Assembly (NCBI GenBank): GCA_017503075.1
Contig: JAFVTU010000015.1
Coordinates: 36,071 to 100,070, forward strand
Origin: Paludibacteraceae bacterium
GTDB lineage: Bacteria > Bacteroidota > Bacteroidia > Bacteroidales > Paludibacteraceae
Length of the DNA stretch: 64,000 nt
Direction: 5' to 3'
Part shown: one piece after another, positions 30,001 to 36,195 of the stretch
How the letters are laid out: the number at the start of each line of letters is the position of its first letter
Numbering within the stretch: position 1 is the first letter of the stretch
Notes under the pieces: generated by a model
Told to the model about the DNA's origin: nothing
Database searches by the model: none
Seen by the model: the letters and a program-made list of their open reading frames with translations, nothing else
Position numbers and translations under genes: made by a program

Positions 30001-30393
30001 AGGAGCGTAGTCTTCGATGACATGCAGCGATTGTAGAAAAGAGCTGATGACTTCGTAGAGGTTGAGCACTGCGAAGAAGGACTCAGACTTCTTGACTGTG
30101 CCACCATGCGCACCTATATTCCCGCGCTTGCGGATATAGTCGATGCGCTTCATCATGTCCATGCCTACATACTCTTGGAAGAGGAAGAAACTGGTGAGTT
30201 CGAGCAATGAGGCACGCTCGGGGATACGCCAGTCGTTGATGAGATACACAATCTTCACCCATTTCTCTAGAGCGCGGCGTGCTGCAGTGACACTCTTGTC
30301 GGGTGCTACCAACTGAAACTGCTCCGCATCGCGGCAGTCGGGATAAACGGAGTGCATCTCGCGTATGTCTTTTAGATAGTCGAAGTTTGCCAT
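27052..30393 (-). CDS. hsdR: Type I restriction enzyme R subunit (N-terminal DUF4145-like region, SF2 helicase/translocase, nuclease)
   Basis: 1113 aa with helicase motif I LVMATGTGKT and motif II IIIDEAHRS, in an operon with hsdM and hsdS. Confidence 0.9.
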   Translation of the reverse strand: MANFDYLKDIREMHSVYPDCRDAEQFQLVAPDKSVTAARRALEKWVKIVYLINDWRIPERASLLELTSFFLFQEYVGMDMMKRIDYIRKRGNIGAHGGTVKKSESFFAVLNLYEVISSFLQSLHVIEDYAPFDKTLIPTTVMLTAVSVGGDELIQNDDLNRLSQVAPAPIVIKSSPDAPSEAETRRLYIDMMLREAGWEVQEKEGATVPGTACVEIEVKGMPSESGVGYADYVLFGTDGKPLAVVEAKKTTVDPLIGKHQAELYAYCLEQRYGVRPVVYYTNGFETWVIDGLGYPPRPLYSFHTASNLELLIQKRNRQNITDLRVNPDIAGRAYQIQAIHSIVERLNKKMRRGLLVMATGTGKTRVSIALVELLMRNNWVKNVLFLADRTALVKQAWRNYTKLLPSVSTCVLSDDRNPDMDARIMFSTYQTMIHYIDSEKKPFSIGRFDLIIIDEAHRSCYGRYESIFDYFDGLLVGLTATPREDIEHDTYSLLNTDSDDVFAYELEDAVKEHHLVGYNVLQRQSIIMTQGVKYDDLSPQEKQQLETAWAYEKAKLALDPRSEYARDIDAKEIFQVFYNQDTIDKVLEDLMENGLRVNDGDTIGKTIIFAYRHKHAEMIVERFNALYPQYGPDFCTLIDNQVKYGQDLIDNFSAAPQDQKKKIQIAVSVDMLDTGVDVPDVLNLVFFKQVRSKVKFMQMIGRGTRLCPNIFGAGKDKEQFYIFDHCGNFEYFGSQPNGSEPRRSASLTERLFAIKLRIATILQDVKYQEDPSAKALHDRLKDELRMQVETLEDTRTAVRKHWQIVSQFKQAKAWQYISDIQRVSLEQEVAPLLITPPVDEMARKWDLLNFMEELSMLDDTVNGLKPAAKIQTIAKQLEKKASIPEVLSKIETIRLLQTPAFWENKTLQSAEYVRQELRDIVHYIAGEQGKTFVIDIEDVLTPVDSDTPVSMQATYRQKVMDYLQAHLEDDTVLQKIFHLEPLTNDDIRELEQIFWKELGTKEDYEHTYLRQERYKLYGGNIAAFIRSIIGIDREIALQKFIDLIQTSALTTMQSEYLKKILDYVSVNGDITTDTFAEEPFSNMDWLDTFGAQTICVRDYIQQLHGIISYQGIV

Positions 30394-30427
30394 GGTGGTG
30401 ATTTTAGGGGCTTGGTTGATTTTTTAT

Positions 30428-30447
30428 CCCGCGGGGGTACCCGCGGG
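30428..30447. repeat. GC palindrome cccgcggg-ggta-cccgcggg in the X-hsdR spacer
   Basis: A perfect 8-bp stem. No U-run follows it on the minus transcript, so it is not a canonical terminator. Confidence 0.7.
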
Positions 30448-30553
30448 CACTAAACCGGTGGGGATATATTGTTTGTTATTTAATTTTGTTTATTATTTAT
30501 ATTAAGTACTGGATTGGCTGCTCTGTTTTTACTATTTCTGCGATATTGGAGTT

Positions 30554-31663
30554 TTAGTTGGTTTCGTGCTCGGGGTTAATTCGCCGAGCTATTTCGTCTG
30601 CTATCATATTCATCGCTACGAAACGATAGCGCTGCGATTCATGCGGGATATGCCCCACCTTCGCTTCTGTCAAAGCAACGATATCCTTGCGCTCAAGTAA
30701 CTCCTTGTCTGGTTCTATCAACAGCAACTTGCCTGCTGCGCATGCCTCGAAATACACGCCCTGTGGTTTGAAATAACGATAGTGCGGGTCTTCGGGTTTG
30801 GGAAAGCCCTCGTGCAGTATCACAATCAGCGGATAACCGTTCTCGCGTAAAGCTTGAGCGATCTGTTTCTCACCTTCGGAGATGGCACCAGTAATATGCA
30901 CGACGCCTTCCGCAGCATTAGCCAAGCACTGGGCCTTCTGCATATCAATCTGCTCTTGGGTCAAGCGACGTGAGCACTGGATGACCTGCTTGATTGGATA
31001 GTCGGCAAGAAACATATTACCCAAAGTGGTACATGGCAAGTGGTTGAGGGATATGTTTTGATGTATCTTGAAAAGCTCCTTATTGGCGCGTTTGAGGGCG
31101 AGACGGCGAGGGTTATCCTGTATGTAACGCTTCATGTTAGCGAGTTGCCCCTTGCGGGTGAGTATGCGATCGTGGTACTCGGGTGCAAAAGGGAAAAACT
31201 TATCGCTCGGCGAATTAGCGCCGAGCACTGGACCAGTGGAAGAGGAGAGCATAGAACTCGGCGAATTAACGCCGAGCACTGAAGCGGTGGCGAGTTGCTG
31301 ATAGATGAGCGTGCATTGGCGCTTAAACCATCCGATATATTGACCGATATGCTTGGGTAGTCGCTCGTGAATATGCAACAATATATGCACATGGTCAGGC
31401 ATAACTACATAAGAGTATATCTCTATCGCTGAGGCATTTTTGTATGTAGGGATATGCTCTATCTCTTCTGCTATGCACTGCCCTAATGCGGTGCGCACTA
31501 TCTCCTCACCTTGTAAATAACCAAAAAGCGGAAGCCGATCGGTAGTGACTAAAGTTAGTAACAGAGTGGCTGGATTCTGATAATCCAACCAATGGGCTCT
31601 GCGATGGTTACTGGTTTTCTTCTCACATCGCCACCCTTCTTCTGTTTTGTATCTTTCCGCCAT
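30554..31663 (-). CDS. RAYT-like HUH/Y1 (IS200-like transposase fold) protein with a C-terminal DprA/SLOG-like extension, embedded in the Type I R-M operon
   Basis: HUH motif VVMPDHVHILLHI. The EYHDRILTRKGQLANMKRYIQDNPRRLAL segment parallels the RAYT FHDHALR...ARYIVANP signature. The C-terminal pattern IQCSRRLT...GVVHITGAISEGEKQIAQALRENGYPLIVILHEGF recalls the DprA Rossmann core. The gene starts 9 nt after the hsdS stop. Confidence 0.55.
   Translation of the reverse strand: MAERYKTEEGWRCEKKTSNHRRAHWLDYQNPATLLLTLVTTDRLPLFGYLQGEEIVRTALGQCIAEEIEHIPTYKNASAIEIYSYVVMPDHVHILLHIHERLPKHIGQYIGWFKRQCTLIYQQLATASVLGVNSPSSMLSSSTGPVLGANSPSDKFFPFAPEYHDRILTRKGQLANMKRYIQDNPRRLALKRANKELFKIHQNISLNHLPCTTLGNMFLADYPIKQVIQCSRRLTQEQIDMQKAQCLANAAEGVVHITGAISEGEKQIAQALRENGYPLIVILHEGFPKPEDPHYRYFKPQGVYFEACAAGKLLLIEPDKELLERKDIVALTEAKVGHIPHESQRYRFVAMNMIADEIARRINPEHETN
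30566..30588 (-). repeat. REP-like hairpin copy D (reverse orientation, inside the last codons of gene X)
   Basis: The + strand gtg ctcgggg ttaatt cgccgag is the reverse complement of ctcggcg aattaa ccccgag cac, with one stem mismatch relative to copies B and C. Confidence 0.7.
31206..31247 (+). repeat. REP-like hairpin copy A with 3' extension, in frame inside gene X
   Basis: ctcggcg aattag cgccgag cactggaccagtggaagaggag. It shares roughly 38 of 42 positions with copy C. Confidence 0.75.
31257..31280 (+). repeat. REP-like hairpin copy B, in frame inside gene X
   Basis: ctcggcg aattaa cgccgag cact. The 24 nt are identical to the first 24 nt of copy C. Confidence 0.75.
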
Positions 31664-31672
31664 GGTAAGTTG

Positions 31673-32842
31673 TTATCCAAAATACTGATCCATGCGCTGG
31701 GCATGGAGGGATTCGACGTCCTTAATGCTCTGGCTGATGAATCGCTTCTGCTCCTCTATCGCACTGACCTTCGCAGCAAATGACTGCTGAAGAGAAAGGG
31801 GAGGGCATAAAATAGGCATACTATTTAAACTTTTTTGACTAAAAGTAGGAATTGCAGTGCCTATCACAAATTCATTATATTTTATTTTTGCAGCCTCACT
31901 TTGTAAATATGCCGTTAAATATCGGCTAATGATTTTATGCTCTTTTATAACAACAAATTGAGGATTTATTGTCGCCTCATGTGGTAAAAAATCAACATAA
32001 GCACATTTACCATAGGAAGATCCTGTTTTTACTAGTAATATATCCCCATTCTTAACCATAATTTCGGGTGATTCATTATATTTATCCCATGTTACATACG
32101 AACATTTAGAATAATCCATCTGATTATTGATGATATTTGTTGGACTTAATGAGATTGCACCATCTTTAGAACTATCCACAAAATCATTTCTCGTATAACC
32201 TCTAAAACCGATCCGACCTTTAACATCACACACCTCTCCAAGTTTTTTGATTTCCCAGCCCATGGGGTTGGTGATGGGGTCGCCGAACATTTGGTAAAAG
32301 AGAGATTGGGCAAGATTATCCAATGCACGAAGCTGCTCCTGCTTCTTCTCTATAACCGAATGAAGCAAATCTAACTCACTAACGATAGAACGCTGAATAG
32401 ATAATGGAGGGATGGGGATGGAGAAATCAGACATAGCAGATTTCGACAACTCCTTAAAAGTTGCCCCAACACCGAAGGATTGTAATAATGGGATATTATA
32501 TGTTAAACACCAATAGACATATTCATTATACAAGTTGTCGCCACAAATAACATTCTTAAACCCTTGATTACAATACATAGGTGCGGTTGTTATCGCAACC
32601 TTTCCTATTGGAGCACGAGAAGAAAATAACACTGTGCCAATAGGTAGTAATTGTAATTTAGATGCAGCTTTGTCTGAAATAGTTCTTTGTGTTTTTCCAA
32701 AATACTTACTCCCGTCTAACTCAGCTGGAGTAACCCACATATTAGAACCCTCCCAATTGGCAGGCTCAGATGTTTTAGGGGTAGAACCTCCTACTATCTC
32801 CGCTACCTCCCCCAGTTTCTTATATGTCCAATCTTTTTTCAT
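31673..32842 (-). CDS. hsdS: Type I R-M specificity subunit
   Basis: 389 aa with two target-recognition halves, each opening with a KLGEV...GGSTP / KLGEVCDVKGR-type motif, separated by conserved helical spacers. It overlaps hsdM by 4 nt. Confidence 0.88.
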   Translation of the reverse strand: MKKDWTYKKLGEVAEIVGGSTPKTSEPANWEGSNMWVTPAELDGSKYFGKTQRTISDKAASKLQLLPIGTVLFSSRAPIGKVAITTAPMYCNQGFKNVICGDNLYNEYVYWCLTYNIPLLQSFGVGATFKELSKSAMSDFSIPIPPLSIQRSIVSELDLLHSVIEKKQEQLRALDNLAQSLFYQMFGDPITNPMGWEIKKLGEVCDVKGRIGFRGYTRNDFVDSSKDGAISLSPTNIINNQMDYSKCSYVTWDKYNESPEIMVKNGDILLVKTGSSYGKCAYVDFLPHEATINPQFVVIKEHKIISRYLTAYLQSEAAKIKYNEFVIGTAIPTFSQKSLNSMPILCPPLSLQQSFAAKVSAIEEQKRFISQSIKDVESLHAQRMDQYFG

Positions 32843-34335
32843 CCGATAATCTCTTTGAGGTTGGTGAGGGCAGTTTGGATGTCGTTTTCGAGGGCTTCGA
32901 TACGAGAGAGGATGGTTTGTGGATCCTCGTGCTGCACGGCTACGCGCTCGATCTCTTTGTACTTATTGAACGAGAGGTCGTAGTCGTTGGCGCGGATATC
33001 CTCTACAGGTACCAAGAAGGACTGGTCTTTGCGTGAGCGGTTTTCCTCATCCGCCAGATTATTCCAGCGAGCAATCACATCGGGGATGTCGTTCTCCTGC
33101 ACTGGGCTGCGTTTGTCGTCCAGCGAGAAGCCATCGGCACGCATCTCATAGAACCACACCTTATCCGTACCGCCGTGGTCGGTCTTGGTGAAGATAAGGA
33201 TAGCGGTGCTGACACCTGCGTAGGGTTTGAACACGCCACTGGGCATAGAGATGACGGCTTGCAAGCGTTGGTTGTCCACCAATTCTTGGCGGAGCATCTT
33301 GTGGGCTTTGCTGGAGCCAAAGAGCACGCCATCGGGTACGATACTCGCGCAGCGGCCACCGAGTGCCAAGGAACGGATAAAAAGCGAGAGGAACAGCAGT
33401 TCGGTCTTACCCGTATTGGTGAGCGTGAGGAGGTTCTTATTCACTACCTCTTTGTCCAGACTGCCCGCGAAAGGTGGGTTGGCGAGGATAAGGGAGTAGC
33501 ATTGGTGGTCGTTGTTGTCGCCACTGAGACTGTCGCGCCATTGGATATTAGGTGCGTCCACGCCGTGGAGCATCATGTTCATTGCACCAATACGGAGCAT
33601 GGTCTGGTCGGTATCGAAGCCGTGGAAGATCTGCGTCTTGTAGCGTTTTTGTGTGGCGGGGTCGAGGAGTTGCTTCTCGTAGTGTTCGCGGAGGTACTTG
33701 GCACTCTCCACGATGAAGCCCGCCGAGCCCATAGCAGGGTCGCAGATAGCATCGTCCAGAGTAGGGCGCACGAGGTTGACCATCATACTGATGATATGGC
33801 GAGGAGTGCGGAACTGACCATTGGTGCCGCTGGCAGCCATCTTGCCGAGGATATACTCATAGACATCACCCATAGCATCGCGGTTGTTCATGTCGAGGGC
33901 ATTGATGCCGTCCACCACGCGCTGGAGCGTGCGGGCATTAGGGATAAGGAAAATAGCCGAACCCATATAGCGGGCATAGGCACTCTCGCCACTGCTTTCG
34001 CCGATATGCTTGATGAAGACAAACACATTATCACGCACCATGCGAAGCATGTTGTCGGCACTGGTGTTCTTGAAAACCGACCAGCGCATGTCTTGGTAAG
34101 GCACTTCCTTCTCGGTCTCGGGGTTGAGCCAGTTGCCCTCGGGGAAAACGGGGTTCTTGAGTCGGTTGCCGAAAATGCTGGCAGTAGCCTCCTCCTTGCG
34201 CTGTTTATCGTCGAGCATCTTCATGAAGAAGAGGTAGGTCATCTGCTCGAGAACGGATATGGGGTTGGTGACGCCTGCGGTGTAGAACACATCCCAGATT
34301 TGGTCAATCCTGTTTTTAATTTCGCCTGTGATCAT
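32839..34335 (-). CDS. hsdM: Type I R-M N6-adenine DNA methyltransferase subunit
   Basis: 498 aa with the catalytic motif LILANPPFAG, the AdoMet motif DPAMGSAGF and an HsdM N-terminal domain. Confidence 0.92.
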   Translation of the reverse strand: MITGEIKNRIDQIWDVFYTAGVTNPISVLEQMTYLFFMKMLDDKQRKEEATASIFGNRLKNPVFPEGNWLNPETEKEVPYQDMRWSVFKNTSADNMLRMVRDNVFVFIKHIGESSGESAYARYMGSAIFLIPNARTLQRVVDGINALDMNNRDAMGDVYEYILGKMAASGTNGQFRTPRHIISMMVNLVRPTLDDAICDPAMGSAGFIVESAKYLREHYEKQLLDPATQKRYKTQIFHGFDTDQTMLRIGAMNMMLHGVDAPNIQWRDSLSGDNNDHQCYSLILANPPFAGSLDKEVVNKNLLTLTNTGKTELLFLSLFIRSLALGGRCASIVPDGVLFGSSKAHKMLRQELVDNQRLQAVISMPSGVFKPYAGVSTAILIFTKTDHGGTDKVWFYEMRADGFSLDDKRSPVQENDIPDVIARWNNLADEENRSRKDQSFLVPVEDIRANDYDLSFNKYKEIERVAVQHEDPQTILSRIEALENDIQTALTNLKEIIG

Positions 34336-34355
34336 AGTATGTATTATTTAGCCCG

Positions 34356-34386
34356 CAAAGTTACGGAATTTTTGGGAGATATGCAA
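34356..34386 (-). promoter_or_regulatory. Promoter of the hsdM-hsdS-X-hsdR operon
   Basis: caaagtta at 34356-34363 and gcaa at 34383-34386, giving TTGC-N19-TAACTTTG. I found no CAAAnnTA-type motif in the 160-nt gap before hsdR. Confidence 0.55.
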
Positions 34387-34432
34387 GGAAATGGCGAGTT
34401 TTTTGCTATTTATTGTTTAAAGGCGGGGATTA

Positions 34433-34474
34433 CTCGGCGAATTAACGCCGAGCACTGGACTAGTGGGAGAGGGG
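34433..34474 (+). repeat. REP-like hairpin copy C with 3' extension, upstream of the hsdM promoter
   Basis: ctcggcg aattaa cgccgag cactggactagtgggagagggg. Confidence 0.75.
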
Positions 34475-34475
34475 C

Positions 34476-34740
34476 AATCTTAACAAAAAGCATTTTTGTA
34501 GGCGAGGAGTTGAGTCGGAGTTCTCTCGGTCGTCTCTCGGAGTTCTCTCGGTAGAATTAGGCAAGGTATAAGAGAAGTAAAAGAGACGGTAATCTTAATA
34601 AAACACACATTTTGAGTTTGGGAGTTCTTTCGGTTTTCCTTGGTTCTTCTTTGGTTCGTCCTTGGTTATTAACACGAGAAAGACAGGGAAGGTACAAGGG
34701 AAGGAAATCTTAATAAAATGCCTTTTAAATCTATAAACTA
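34476..34740. repeat. Degenerate 115-bp tandem repeat (two full units and a partial third) with internal 11-nt sub-repeats
   Basis: The anchor aatcttaa[c/t]aaaa occurs at 34476, 34591 and 34706, exactly 115 nt apart. Each full unit has a pyrimidine-rich phased block followed by a purine-rich block. Confidence 0.65.
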
Positions 34741-34761
34741 TGAGTGATAAGTGATAAACAA

Positions 34762-34800
34762 AATCGCCATCCATGCTCGAAAACACAAATGGCGATTTGT
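34762..34800 (-). terminator. Possible terminator of the nucleoside permease gene
   Basis: The 10-bp stem is aaatcgccat / atggcgattt (34761-34770 / 34789-34798) with an 18-nt loop, followed by TGTTTAT on the minus transcript. The loop is large, so confidence is low. Confidence 0.3.
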
Positions 34801-34818
34801 TGTTATGTAGGACTTATG

Positions 34819-36099
34819 TTAGTCTTTCTTCACTGGGGTCTTTGGGAAGATTATCCAGAAGGCAATGGCAACTACCAATGCAAAACCTGCGAAGATATAC
34901 CAGCTGGTTTGCCAGCCATCCCAAATAGCCATTGGACCTGCAGCAATCACAGATTCTGCATTAACGAAATGGTTTACAATCGCTTGCGCTGCCAATGTAC
35001 CAATCGTTGCACCAAAGCCGTTGGTCATCATCACAAACAGACCTTGTGCGCTAGAGCGTTGTGCAGGGTCGGTCTCTTGATCCACATACAGCGAGCCAGA
35101 GATATTGAAGAAGTCAAAAGCAAAGCCATAGACGATACAGCTTAATACGAACAAGATCACGCCTGGCATACCTGGGTTACCTGCGCCGAAGAAGCCGAAA
35201 CGCAATACCCATGCCAGCATTGCCATCAGCATCACCGACTTGATACCAAAACGCTTCAAGAAGAATGGGATAAACAAGATACACAATGCCTCACAGATTT
35301 GTGAGATAGAAATCAGGATATTTGCATGTTGTACGCCAAAAGTATCGGCAAACTCCTCAATCGCTCCGAAGCTGGTAATGAATGGGTTAGCGTAGCCATT
35401 GGTGATTTGCAAGCACATACCAAGCAACATAGAGAAGATGAAGAATACTGCCATCTTCTTTTGTTTGAACAGCGCAAATGCCTCCAAACCGAGTGCTTCC
35501 ACCAGCGATTTGTTCTCCACATGACCTTTGGTTGGGCACTTAGGCAAAGTGAGCGAGTAGATAGCGAGTACAATACTCAACGCACCACTGACAACGAATT
35601 GCTTAGGAGTAGCTTGGAATCCACAGAGATCCACTACCCACATGGTCACAATAAATCCTACTGTACCGAGTACGCGGATAGGAGGGAAGTCCTTCACTGT
35701 ATCCATGTTTGCTTGCGTTAATGCGGTATAAGCCACGGAGTTGCTGAGTGCAAGGGTTGGCATAAAGAATGCCACCGAAGCGGTGTAAAGCGAGAATAGT
35801 GTAGCAAATTGTACGCCGTCGCCTGCAAAGAGGCCATAAGCACCTGTAGCAATCATAAAGGTACCTGCCAATGCGTGGCAAAGACTCAATGCTTTCTGAG
35901 CAGGAATCCAACGGTCTGCCACGATACCCATGAGTGCGGGCATAAACAAGCTGACGATACCTTGGATGGAATAAAACCAGCCGATATTGGTAGCCATACC
36001 ATGCGTAGCGAGGTAGGTACCCATTGATGTTAAATACGCTCCCCAAACGGCAAATTCGAGGAAGTTCATGACTGTTAGTCGAAGTTTGATGTTTTTCAT
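34819..36099 (-). CDS. MFS nucleoside:H+ symporter family permease (NupG/XapB-like)
   Basis: 426 aa and 12 TM. The N-terminus MKNIKLRLTVMNFLEFAVWGAYLTSMGTYL is typical of the NHS family. Confidence 0.75.
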   Translation of the reverse strand: MKNIKLRLTVMNFLEFAVWGAYLTSMGTYLATHGMATNIGWFYSIQGIVSLFMPALMGIVADRWIPAQKALSLCHALAGTFMIATGAYGLFAGDGVQFATLFSLYTASVAFFMPTLALSNSVAYTALTQANMDTVKDFPPIRVLGTVGFIVTMWVVDLCGFQATPKQFVVSGALSIVLAIYSLTLPKCPTKGHVENKSLVEALGLEAFALFKQKKMAVFFIFSMLLGMCLQITNGYANPFITSFGAIEEFADTFGVQHANILISISQICEALCILFIPFFLKRFGIKSVMLMAMLAWVLRFGFFGAGNPGMPGVILFVLSCIVYGFAFDFFNISGSLYVDQETDPAQRSSAQGLFVMMTNGFGATIGTLAAQAIVNHFVNAESVIAAGPMAIWDGWQTSWYIFAGFALVVAIAFWIIFPKTPVKKD

Positions 36100-36132
36100 T
36101 GCTATAAAATATTATACTTATTATTTTGCGTG

Positions 36133-36164
36133 CAAAGGTACTATAAAAATTGCATATATACAAG
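36133..36164 (-). promoter_or_regulatory. Promoter of the nucleoside permease gene
   Basis: caaaggta at 36133-36140, with a TTG 23 nt upstream on the minus strand. Confidence 0.5.
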
Positions 36165-36195
36165 AATTTTGCCTTTTTTATAGTTTACTATGTAG

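Noticed and set aside
31673-32842. Phase-variable hsdS shufflon.
   Set aside because: There is a single hsdS gene. No silent hsdS cassettes, no inverted hsdS-internal repeats and no recombinase are present.
27052-34474. The R-M block as a classical genomic island or integrative element.
   Set aside because: There is no integrase, no tRNA target and no long direct repeats. Only short REP-like hairpins and filler lie at the borders, so horizontal origin is possible but not demonstrable here.
33175-34554. 459-aa + strand ORF antisense to hsdM. Similar long antisense ORFs occur at 27931-28635, 45677-46468, 18915-19559, 16804-17343 and 47306-47860.
   Set aside because: They lie entirely opposite strongly recognisable genes (hsdM, hsdR, ppdK, the dehydrogenase, rfbA). 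Their translations are low-complexity with no motifs. They are typical shadow ORFs of the relatively GC-richer coding regions.
34476-34740. Possible CRISPR array (regularly spaced repeats).
   Set aside because: The repeated anchor is only about 13 nt. The units are 115 nt and mutually homologous throughout, with no unique spacers. There are no cas genes in the window.
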